Below are positions 18,067-26,150 of a DNA stretch of 29,916 nucleotides, piece after piece. How positions within the stretch are numbered: the stretch's first letter is position 1; each line of letters starts with the position of its first letter. The stretch is taken from contig JBMFHL010000007.1 in NCBI GenBank assembly GCA_049976845.1, forward strand, positions 1 through 29,916, in the 5' to 3' direction. The notes below the pieces were generated by a model that had not been told where the DNA came from, did not search any database, and saw nothing but the letters and a program-made list of their open reading frames with translations. Made by a program: the position numbers and the translations under genes. The stretch comes from Candidatus Micrarchaeia archaeon. Lineage in GTDB: Archaea > Micrarchaeota > Micrarchaeia > Micrarchaeales > CABMGC01.

Positions 18067-18126
18067 ATAATCACCAAAGCTCCAAATAAAGTTTAAACGT
18101 TAGAGGTTTGCATTTTATTATCCTAA

Positions 18127-18768
18127 TTATGAAATAATGGAAGACATTATAGTGAGATATATATCTGAAGAGTCCTCGCAGTTGTCAAGCATGTCGTCAG
18201 CCTGGTGTGCGACCTCGAACAAGTGGTAAAAAGACCTGAAACCTATCTTTGCATTGTATGCGAAATCGAACAAGTTGTCTTTTATCTCGTCTCCCTTCTC
18301 CTCATAGCCCTCTATCTCCTTCCTTAACCTCTTTATTTCAGCAAGGTCGTCGCTTGCCTGCATCTTCCTCAGCATAATCAGCGCCTGCCTTGCCAGGGCA
18401 GTCATCTCCTTTAAACTGCTTGTCATAAGCAAACGGGCCTTTTTGTTTTTGATTTTATACCTTCCTATCTCTCTTGCAAGGTTATACATTGAATCGACTA
18501 TACTATCCTCTTTGTCAACGAGTGCTAGCATATCATCGATCAGGTTTGGTGCAACGCCTCCGCTGGTGACCATATTTGTTATCTCAAATGCAACATCATC
18601 TGATCTTTTTTCAAGAACCCTAAGCGAATCAAGGCTACTTTTCCCCTCTATGAGTTTATCAAGCATCTCGTTTGTGTCAAGGGCTACACCTATTATCGTG
18701 TTGAATTTTTTTATAATCCCTTCTTCGCCTCCTTGCAGGATTCTGTCGATTATTCCCATATCAAACAC
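18127..18768 (-). CDS. DUF47/PhoU-like phosphate transport regulator
   Basis: All-helical with a duplicated acidic pattern: LEKRSD...EDSIVD and YEEKGD...ADDMLDNCED. Immediately upstream of the PiT gene. Start is GTG 18768 or ATG 18759. Confidence 0.85.
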   Translation of the reverse strand: MFDMGIIDRILQGGEEGIIKKFNTIIGVALDTNEMLDKLIEGKSSLDSLRVLEKRSDDVAFEITNMVTSGGVAPNLIDDMLALVDKEDSIVDSMYNLAREIGRYKIKNKKARLLMTSSLKEMTALARQALIMLRKMQASDDLAEIKRLRKEIEGYEEKGDEIKDNLFDFAYNAKIGFRSFYHLFEVAHQADDMLDNCEDSSDIYLTIMSSIIS

Positions 18769-19410
18769 TCATTGTTCGTCCTTTAGCTCCTCATTGATTA
18801 TCTGGTATACTCTCGCAGCCTTCTTCTTGCCTATCTTGTCCACCTCTACGAGATCATCAATGCTCGCATTCATTACACCTTTTATACTCTTGAACTTATG
18901 CAATAAAGCCATTGCCAGCTTTGGCCCTATGCCGGGTATTGAGCCCAGTATAAGGAGCTGCCACTGCTTCTCTGTATAAGCCTTTTTTATGCCGACAAGC
19001 CTTGGCTCATGATCTTTGTGCTCCTGCTCCCTTCTCGCTATAAAAGCAAGCAATTCCGCCGTTTCTCCGGGGTAAGAGGAATACAAAACCTGTATGCCAT
19101 AATCTATATACACCTTCAGCGTAGCACCCAAAATTACATTATTGCTGAGCTTCATATCACCTTTATCCCCCTCTATAATTAGCATTGGTTTCTGGAAGCT
19201 TCCCTTAAGCCTCTCCAATTGCTCAAAAAGCCTTGCATTCATTATTGAGCTTTCAAAATCGCTCACAGTCTTGCGTTCAATGCATACCCTGTCTGAAAGT
19301 ATATAATCACCTGCAGGCAGCGTAGCGAACTCCAGCTCGACATCCTGGCTCTCCAAACCTTCAACGAGCTCCATATTTCTCTCTCTGCTGTCAACTATTA
19401 TCTTAAGCAT
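18769..19410 (-). CDS. xpf: Short XPF/ERCC4-type structure-specific endonuclease (nuclease + HhH2)
   Basis: IIVDSRE, GDY, IERKTVSDF, RLFEQL, LIIEG; HhH motifs IPGIGPKLA and VDKIGKKKA. Confidence 0.92.
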   Translation of the reverse strand: MLKIIVDSRERNMELVEGLESQDVELEFATLPAGDYILSDRVCIERKTVSDFESSIMNARLFEQLERLKGSFQKPMLIIEGDKGDMKLSNNVILGATLKVYIDYGIQVLYSSYPGETAELLAFIARREQEHKDHEPRLVGIKKAYTEKQWQLLILGSIPGIGPKLAMALLHKFKSIKGVMNASIDDLVEVDKIGKKKAARVYQIINEELKDEQ

Positions 19411-19444
19411 AGATTATAAATGTAAATATAAACAAATAAATATT

Positions 19445-20209
19445 ATGGCACAGAGAAGAAGCAAGAAGAAAAGGCCCAGCAGGGAAAAGCACATGCTGCG
19501 GGAGCAGCTTAAGATAGAGCAGGGCGTATTCGACAAAAGGACAATGATGAACCTAAGGCCATTTTTTACCCATGGGATAATCTCAAAGCTGTATTTTCTC
19601 ACTGCAAGGGGCAAGGAAGCAGATATATACATAGCAGAAGCCGGGCAAGGCGTGAATGATAATCTTGTCATAGTAAAAATCTTCCGCATAGAGACTTCTA
19701 GTTTCGATAAGAGGCTAGACTATATAATTGGCGATCCGAGGTTTGAGAAGATAAAGAATGGCATATTCCAAATAGTATATGCGTGGTGCAAGAAAGAATA
19801 TGGTAATTTGAAGCTGGCACAGGAAGCAAAAATAAATGCGCCTAAGCCTTACATGTTCTCTGGCAATGTGCTAGCAATGCAGTTTATAGGTAGCAATGGC
19901 ATGCCCGCAAGTTCCCTGAAGGAGACAAAGCTGAGCAACCCAAATGAAATGCTCTACGAAATAATACTGAGCATAAAGAAGCTTTACAAAATCGGACTCG
20001 TCCACAGCGATATAAGCGAATACAACATTTTAATCAGCGAGGGCAAGCCTTATATTATCGACTTCGGACAAGCGGTAGTCCTAGCGCATCCAAAAGCAAT
20101 AGAATTCCTTAAGAGGGATATAAACAACGTAATCGCATACTTCTCAAAGAATTATGGCATTAACGAAGATGCAGAAAAGATCTTTTCTGATATAGTAAAG
20201 CAGGGGTAA
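19445..20209 (+). CDS. rio1: RIO1-family atypical protein kinase
   Basis: GKEADIY, VKIFR, YIIGDPRF, WCKKEYGNL, NVLAMQFIG, HSDISEYNIL, IIDFGQAV, FLKRD. Confidence 0.93.
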   Translation: MAQRRSKKKRPSREKHMLREQLKIEQGVFDKRTMMNLRPFFTHGIISKLYFLTARGKEADIYIAEAGQGVNDNLVIVKIFRIETSSFDKRLDYIIGDPRFEKIKNGIFQIVYAWCKKEYGNLKLAQEAKINAPKPYMFSGNVLAMQFIGSNGMPASSLKETKLSNPNEMLYEIILSIKKLYKIGLVHSDISEYNILISEGKPYIIDFGQAVVLAHPKAIEFLKRDINNVIAYFSKNYGINEDAEKIFSDIVKQG

Positions 20210-20265
20210 AGTATCGGGTATAATATCTAAAGACATTATAGGCCAATATGATAGCAGAGGGTTAA

Positions 20266-20883
20266 ATGGAAAAAGCAGGAAATGCAGAAAAACTTGAAAA
20301 ACTTGCCGAGCACAAGATTAGTGAAGGAAAGCGCGTGCACACGGGATATGAATCCATTTTCAAAGAAGCCCTGCTCAGCGAAAGTGTGCCTGCATTCTAC
20401 GAACTTATAGCCTTCCCTTTGCATACAGGTTCAGTTTCTAAAAAAGACGAAAAATTCTATGTTCCAGATTTTATTACAGGCCTATTCATAAACGGCAAGG
20501 AGGTAATAATAGAGCCTCATTTCTCCATGTTAATCAACTTAAACTACATGAAGAAGTTGAAGGCGGTTAGGGAAGAATTTAATTTCTATATAATCTTTGC
20601 ATCTGACAAGCCCGAAGAAGAGATAAATACTGGCAAGGGGCTCTGCATAAGGGGCTTTGTTGATGATTTCTGGTATATTGAAGAGCAACTTGGCGAAGAA
20701 GCGTGGGCACAGCAGCGCATTGAAGCCACAAAGCATATTCAAACTCTAAAAAAGTCATGTGAGATGAAAAGCGAGGAAGAACTTACTATATATCTTTTTT
20801 CAAAAGTAGAAGAAATAGAGAGAATAAATTTAATAAAAGGGGCAAGGAGAATGAAACAGTTAAATGGCTATGGTACATTATAG
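20266..20883 (+). CDS. Hypothetical protein with PD-(D/E)xK-like nuclease motifs
   Basis: YESIFKEAL...FYE...YVPDF...EVIIEPH...KKLK. Overlaps the convergent aIF-1A gene by 16 nt. Confidence 0.5.
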   Translation: MEKAGNAEKLEKLAEHKISEGKRVHTGYESIFKEALLSESVPAFYELIAFPLHTGSVSKKDEKFYVPDFITGLFINGKEVIIEPHFSMLINLNYMKKLKAVREEFNFYIIFASDKPEEEINTGKGLCIRGFVDDFWYIEEQLGEEAWAQQRIEATKHIQTLKKSCEMKSEEELTIYLFSKVEEIERINLIKGARRMKQLNGYGTL

Positions 20884-21167
20884 CCTTTCCTCTTAAGCTC
20901 ATCTTTGTCCATTATGCTATACCTCCAGATAATGTCTCCCCTTTCGTTTCCCTGTACAACCCATGGCTTTACGAGCACAACATCCCCTTCTTTTATCCAG
21001 AAATTCCTCTTCAGCCTTCCTGGTATCATGCACATCCTTTCATTATTATCAGAGCACATGACAAGGAAATTAGATGCACCTGCAGCCTTTACAACCTTGC
21101 CAATGACCTCATTGTCCCTTGGATAAGGAAGCCTGTGCACTGTTTGGTTATTGTTCTTTTTATACAT
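20868..21167 (-). CDS. eif1a: Translation initiation factor aIF-1A
   Basis: EVIGKV...GASNFLVMCSD...RMCMIPGRLKRNFWIKEGDVVLVKPW...RGDIIWRY. Confidence 0.96.
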   Translation of the reverse strand: MYKKNNNQTVHRLPYPRDNEVIGKVVKAAGASNFLVMCSDNNERMCMIPGRLKRNFWIKEGDVVLVKPWVVQGNERGDIIWRYSIMDKDELKRKGYNVP

Positions 21168-21174
21168 AAAAACA

Positions 21175-21588
21175 CTAGTAATATTTTACGCTGTACCTTG
21201 CCCCGCAAGCCTCGCATACAATAGTTATAAAGCCCCTTTCCACTGACTCGAAGCGTGTATCGGGCTTGTGGCATTCCTTGCATATAACATAGAGCTCGAA
21301 GTACTTTCTTATCTTCTCGCTAATTTCACTTTGGCTTATTTTCTTGCTTATTATGAGCCTGCCTTCTTCAATATTCACTGGCGCAGCAATCTCTTTGGTG
21401 AAGTACCTCGCAATCTCCTCTGGTTTGCGCCTCGCAATATCAACAATCTGTGCAAAGTTCCTTATTATAGTCTTGCTCCCCTGCACAATAACATCTGCAT
21501 CAGGTATCTTGAAATCGGATACCTCTTTAGACAGGTTTGGCAGCTTAGAAAAGGCCCTGTTGAGGAGTGATTCATAATCATAATCCAA
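21175..21588 (-). CDS. eif2b: Translation initiation factor aIF-2 beta
   Basis: DYESLLNRA, GSKTIIRNF, YVICKECHKPDT...CEACGA zinc ribbon. The TTG at 21588 has a GGTG-N5 RBS; the ORF-track ATG at 21612 is an alternative. Confidence 0.95.
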   Translation of the reverse strand: MDYDYESLLNRAFSKLPNLSKEVSDFKIPDADVIVQGSKTIIRNFAQIVDIARRKPEEIARYFTKEIAAPVNIEEGRLIISKKISQSEISEKIRKYFELYVICKECHKPDTRFESVERGFITIVCEACGARYSVKYY

Positions 21589-21673
21589 AGAAACACCAAA
21601 TAGAATATTCATTTAAGATATAATAACTTTGCGCATCTTAGCTGCTCTAAATGTTTGATAGCAGAATGTCAGC

Positions 21674-22231
21674 TTAGCCGATCGCCACTCTTGCTTTCTT
21701 TAATCCATGTCTATATGCTGCATGGGTTATGAAGAAGGCTATAAGCAATGCCACTATCACAATGAAGATAGCATTGCCACTGCCTTTGCTGTTCCTTTTC
21801 AGCATCTGGACAGATTCACTGAAACCGCTTGCATAACTGATTATGTCAAAAACCTCTGCGAACGTGTTCCAGAGGGCAATAAGTATACTCCCAATGCTCT
21901 TCTTCTTTGCAGCTATTATTATCGATTGTATTGTAACCATCAAGCCGAAGCCTATTATGAGCAGTCCAAAGACAAGGAAGTCGAGGCTTACTGCAAACTC
22001 CAATACAGTTATTGGGATATAGCCTATGTAATATGCAAGTGCGGAGAGCACTATGATAAGCACGTACGCCATACCTGTGAATGCAAGCCCCAAGCCCGAG
22101 TATGCGGCAGCAGCAGTAAAACCGGAATGCTCCGATTTTCTTAGCAGGCCTATATTGTAGCCGCTGGCATAAGCATTCCATATGGATATTGCGAAATCCA
22201 GCACCAGTATAAGCAATAGTAGAAGTATCAT
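21674..22231 (-). CDS. Hypothetical membrane protein (about 5 TM)
   Basis: Hydrophobic helices; DFAISIWNAYASG and ALWNTFA motifs; coupled to the upstream CA-like gene (1-nt gap, GGTG RBS). Confidence 0.7.
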   Translation of the reverse strand: MILLLLLILVLDFAISIWNAYASGYNIGLLRKSEHSGFTAAAAYSGLGLAFTGMAYVLIIVLSALAYYIGYIPITVLEFAVSLDFLVFGLLIIGFGLMVTIQSIIIAAKKKSIGSILIALWNTFAEVFDIISYASGFSESVQMLKRNSKGSGNAIFIVIVALLIAFFITHAAYRHGLKKARVAIG

Positions 22232-22232
22232 G

Positions 22233-22922
22233 CTACACCTTTTTCATCGAAAGCTCAATCCCTTCTGCAAAAGGACTCATCTTTAGCCTGTTCATGTCTA
22301 TCTGCGCCTGCCTGTACTCGCTGCTGCCATTTGCAGCTATTACCCCCTTTGCTATTCCAAGCACCTTTGTGGCAATCTCTATGTCACTGTATTGCTCATC
22401 AAGGCTCATGCTTTGGATCACATACGTGCTGAACATTTTGTCTTTGCCTATAACTTCAGCGTACTTAATTTTCTCAGGTTTCATCAAGTAAAATTCATGC
22501 TCTCTCTTACTTCCATTATCCTCTATTTTGGATATGTCAAGCAGCTCTGCACTCGCCTTTATGCCATGCTTGCTTGCAATTGTAAGTATCTCTCTTTCTT
22601 GTATCTCTTTGTTAGAATTCTCAAGCTCCGCGCTATTATTGAACTTTACCCCTCTAAACTGCTCCACAAGGTTATCAACAAGGTCTTGGCTTAATTTTAT
22701 TTCATCATTGAGCGCCTTTGCAACTACCTTCATAGCCCCGCAATCGGTATGTGTAATCACCTTTATCTCACTTATATTGTTATCATTGATTATACTGCCT
22801 ATGGAATACTTCAGGGCCTTCACATTTGCGCCGCCATTCCTAAGGAAGATTGTGTTTCCATCATTCAGGCTATCAAGGTATTCGTTCAGTCTCCGATCCA
22901 TACACGAGATTATAAGTCTCAT
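22233..22922 (-). CDS. Beta-carbonic anhydrase-like protein (clade D type) with an extra C-terminal domain
   Basis: SCMDRR, RNGG, HTDCG (Cys/His/Cys zinc ligands and Asp-Arg dyad). Confidence 0.8.
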   Translation of the reverse strand: MRLIISCMDRRLNEYLDSLNDGNTIFLRNGGANVKALKYSIGSIINDNNISEIKVITHTDCGAMKVVAKALNDEIKLSQDLVDNLVEQFRGVKFNNSAELENSNKEIQEREILTIASKHGIKASAELLDISKIEDNGSKREHEFYLMKPEKIKYAEVIGKDKMFSTYVIQSMSLDEQYSDIEIATKVLGIAKGVIAANGSSEYRQAQIDMNRLKMSPFAEGIELSMKKV

Positions 22923-23074
22923 TACATGCCCCCTGCCACATATTCAAGCAAAAATATTCTTATGCATAAACATATAAAAATCATCTACAATGCAGCGCAT
23001 AACAGCGAATACATAAGATAATAGAATTTTCTATCCTATATCTATAAAAGGCAGTATTAAAAGCTGTGTTGAAA

Positions 23075-23662
23075 ATGGATGATATAGAGCTGCTCAAGAA
23101 ATACAACCAGTTATATTTAGAGATAATACTCCGCTACAAGGAGTATATAGAGGAGAAGGAGAGCCTGTATGTTGCAGAGCTCCCAAAGCTTGTCATGCCA
23201 GAAAACGAAGATGTGGTAAACATAGCAAATAAGCTAAAGGGCTCAGTGCCCAATTACACCTACGATGAAAATTACTACGATGCCGCAAGGCTTGCGTATT
23301 CTTACGTGAAAGATGAAATAACGCTGGCAAATTTGCCAATACAGTTCTGGCTCACCCCAGACGAAACTATAAAATGCGGAGCAGGCGACATATTCGACAA
23401 AGCTGTTCTCCTCTGCAGCCTGCTGGTAGCACTCGGAAACGTTTCAGCAAAGGTAATAATAAAAGTTGAGGATTCAGAAAGGGAATTTTTAGTATACTCT
23501 GAGTTTAATAATAGCATAATTGCAATGGACCTTGACTCTGGGATCAAAGAATACAAGAACAAAGACGAATTGCTTTTGGCCATGGGCATAAAAAGCAATG
23601 ATACCAGCGGCGAGGTAACAGCTTACGAATTTAATGACAAGATGTACAATTCCTTAGAATAA
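23075..23662 (+). CDS. Transglutaminase-like (papain-fold) protein lacking the catalytic Cys
   Basis: AYSYVKDEI...FWLTPDETIKCGAGDIFDKAVLLCSLL follows the W-x-x-P-x-E-T...G-D-C-x-D-x-A-x-L pattern with C replaced by I. Start is ATG 23075 or GTG 23066. Confidence 0.6.
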   Translation: MDDIELLKKYNQLYLEIILRYKEYIEEKESLYVAELPKLVMPENEDVVNIANKLKGSVPNYTYDENYYDAARLAYSYVKDEITLANLPIQFWLTPDETIKCGAGDIFDKAVLLCSLLVALGNVSAKVIIKVEDSEREFLVYSEFNNSIIAMDLDSGIKEYKNKDELLLAMGIKSNDTSGEVTAYEFNDKMYNSLE

Positions 23663-23685
23663 ATCCTTCTAATCTCAGCGTAAAT

Positions 23686-24732
23686 TCAGAATGTTTCGGC
23701 CCTGGCCCAGCTAATCTCTTCCCTAATTTCACTGCTAGCTCTGCTTGCTGTCAAGGACATTCTGCTGTAAGCGAGGGTGCCTATATTTATGAATGCAATT
23801 ATACTTATTGCAAGCAGGTAATAAAAGTTTGTGGTAAGGTACTCATAGCTTATAATCAGTAGTATCCCAGCAGCGATGCTCCAGCTTGCATAGAACCACC
23901 TGCTTTTTTTTGCAAAGACAAGAAGTCCGCCAATAATCCCTAATACAACAAGCAGCGTGTTAATGAATGAGATACTGTAGCTGTAGGTCAATGTGTTAAG
24001 GAAGTCACTAAAGCCAACCTTCTGTATGTAATTAATTATGAAAGTGGATTGAGGATAAACAAAATAAGCTAGCAGTATCGAATTCGCCAAGAAGAACGCG
24101 CTTGACATTAGACTAAAAGGATTAAATCCCTCCTTCTCATATCCTGCCTTGCCAGCTACTTTATCTATATCCTCTAAGCAGTAGAATGCTCCATCATATT
24201 CGACAAGATCTGCATAGCAAAAAGGCCTCTTGCAATAATTGCATATTGCATAAGCGGGTCTCCAAGGATGATTTACGCAGGTAAGCCCTTTTGCGAGCTC
24301 TATGCTTTCCTTCTCAACCTTGCTTGATTTCTTTGGAGTGCGTATCATGTCCGTGTTTGGCGTAGCAGTGTATGCAGGATGCTGCATGCCTATAAGTTTA
24401 TTTATGGGGTTTTGGTCTTCTGAAGGAGGCATTGCTTTAGGAACTTCAATTTTATTGGGTTTTTCTTCTTTTGCAGTACTCCCTAGCTTTAAATAGCTAG
24501 AAGCTACCTGCTGTTGCGGCTGAGGCTGCTGTAGCTGAGGTTGCTGTGGTTTGGGCTGAGGCTCAGGTGATTTTACAGGTATAACCTCTTTCTGTTGTGC
24601 CTGCTTGGGTTGCTGTATTTGCTGCGGTTGTGTGGCCGTCTGCTGCTTGGATGCCTGCTTTTTTTCTGTAGCGCCTGCCTTCTCTCTCATCTTGAATATA
24701 AACAAATCATCTGGGTCTACTGCCAAGCGCAC
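23686..24732 (-). CDS. Membrane protein with Q/P-rich disordered N-terminus, B-box-like zinc finger and about 4 TM helices
   Basis: QPQQIQQPKQ...PQPKPQQPQLQQPQPQQQ; CVNHPWRPAYAICNYCKRPFCYADL...FYCLED; hydrophobic C-terminal third. Start is GTG 24732 or TTG 24726. Confidence 0.7.
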   Translation of the reverse strand: MRLAVDPDDLFIFKMREKAGATEKKQASKQQTATQPQQIQQPKQAQQKEVIPVKSPEPQPKPQQPQLQQPQPQQQVASSYLKLGSTAKEEKPNKIEVPKAMPPSEDQNPINKLIGMQHPAYTATPNTDMIRTPKKSSKVEKESIELAKGLTCVNHPWRPAYAICNYCKRPFCYADLVEYDGAFYCLEDIDKVAGKAGYEKEGFNPFSLMSSAFFLANSILLAYFVYPQSTFIINYIQKVGFSDFLNTLTYSYSISFINTLLVVLGIIGGLLVFAKKSRWFYASWSIAAGILLIISYEYLTTNFYYLLAISIIAFINIGTLAYSRMSLTASRASSEIREEISWARAETF

Positions 24733-24745
24733 ACCCTAAAAATAC

Positions 24746-24973
24746 TCACCCTTCTCTTCTCCTTTCAGCTATCTCTCTCTTCTTCTCAAATATCTTTGAG
24801 TGCTTTGCACAGCTGATGCAATAATACACTTTTCTCCTTTCAAAGAACCTTACGTCATTGCCCGTGTGGGTCTCGGTGCCGAACCTTATCACTTTGTCAA
24901 ATGGTATGGCCTTGCTCCTTGGCACCCTTCGGCCGCAATTATCGCAGGTAACTAGCTGTTGTTTTCCTCTCAA
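24746..24973 (-). CDS. rps26e: Ribosomal protein eS26 (S26e)
   Basis: LVTCDNCGRRVPRSKAI...VYYCISCAKH. GGTG-N5-TTG start with an in-frame stop just upstream. Confidence 0.9.
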   Translation of the reverse strand: MRGKQQLVTCDNCGRRVPRSKAIPFDKVIRFGTETHTGNDVRFFERRKVYYCISCAKHSKIFEKKREIAERRREG

Positions 24974-25161
24974 TCTAACACCTTAAACATAAGAATACAT
25001 TCATTTATCATATTGCTATATTTAAGTTTATATACTTTCGCAAAAGGCGTATTTCAGTAAATAGTACACATATGCAAAATCCAACTCAAAAACAAAGCAA
25101 AACCTGAAGAATTTAGAAAGAAATAATAATATATATTGGAACAAATTAATGTGGTGAGCAT

Positions 25162-25791
25162 TTGAAGATTTATATAATAGGCGACGCTTCAGATGATATA
25201 GAGGATGCAGTGAACATTCTGGAGAAAGGAAACGTTACTGTAATAGCCAAAGAGGTCTCTGACCAAGCACAATTGAGCAGCTACATAGAGGATGCAGTTT
25301 CCAAAGGGGACTCCAATATAATAGTATTGGCCAAAGATCCAATGCATAGCAGCATAAGTCTTAACAAGAACAGAAGCATTAATGCGGCGTTATGCAGCAC
25401 TTCTGAAGATGTAGCATCAGCATACAAGGATGGCGCGAATGTAATAATACTAAAAGATGCAAGCGAAAAAGAGGAAATCCTTAATGCTATATTAAATGCC
25501 CCTATATCAAGTGTGCCAAAAGCAACACAGGATGCCCCTCAGGCACAAGCCAATGAAGCAGCAATTAAAAAAAGGAAGATGCATCAGCACATAGCAGCTG
25601 AAGGTCAGGCTAAGGAAAATAGCAAATCAGTTGTAAGCAAAGATGTTGGCAGTGAGCAAGAAGGAAATGCCCAGGAAGAAGAGGCGCATATAGATTTGGG
25701 CAACGGGAAAGGTTTTATAGGGAGCATAAAGAATGCATTAGGCATAATCGGCACAAAAAAGTCACAAGATAACAAAGCAAAGAGAGAATAG
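25162..25791 (+). CDS. RpiB/LacAB-fold protein, degenerate active site, charged low-complexity C-terminal tail
   Basis: MKIYIIGD..., SISLNKNRSINAALC, ANVIIL resemble RpiB, but the DHAG and CGTG motifs are absent. GGTG-N5-TTG start. Confidence 0.55.
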   Translation: MKIYIIGDASDDIEDAVNILEKGNVTVIAKEVSDQAQLSSYIEDAVSKGDSNIIVLAKDPMHSSISLNKNRSINAALCSTSEDVASAYKDGANVIILKDASEKEEILNAILNAPISSVPKATQDAPQAQANEAAIKKRKMHQHIAAEGQAKENSKSVVSKDVGSEQEGNAQEEEAHIDLGNGKGFIGSIKNALGIIGTKKSQDNKAKRE

Positions 25792-25793
25792 GA

Positions 25794-26129
25794 TTGGGTG
25801 GTACGATAAAGCTGACATGCAAAGACATAACTAAATTGGTTCTGCCTGCAATAAGGATTGCAGTAGCAGAGTCGCTTAGCAAAGGCTATAACTACAAGCA
25901 AGAAGAGATTGCAGAGAAACTTGGGATAGTGCAAGTTGCAGTGAGCAAGTATCTTAACAAAAAATACTCAAAAAAAGTTGAGAAGATAAAATTGTATATA
26001 GAATCAAAAGGGTTGGCAGAAAACATCACGAAGAGCATAGTAAGTGGTGGCAAGCCGGAAGAAATAGATAATGAGATAAATGCGCTTTGCGAGAACAAGG
26101 AAATACTGCAAATTGCGCAATTAAAATAA
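25794..26129 (+). CDS. Archaeal HTH transcriptional regulator (COG2522-like)
   Basis: KLTCK...VLPAIRIAVAESL...YKQEEIAEKLGIVQVAVSKYL; conserved terminal Cys. Confidence 0.8.
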   Translation: MGGTIKLTCKDITKLVLPAIRIAVAESLSKGYNYKQEEIAEKLGIVQVAVSKYLNKKYSKKVEKIKLYIESKGLAENITKSIVSGGKPEEIDNEINALCENKEILQIAQLK

Positions 26130-26150
26130 TAATATTAATTGGTGATAAAA

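Noticed and set aside
24500..24665. CTG/TTG-rich repeats as a possible array
   Set aside because: Explained by Gln/Pro codons in a low-complexity protein linker on the minus strand.
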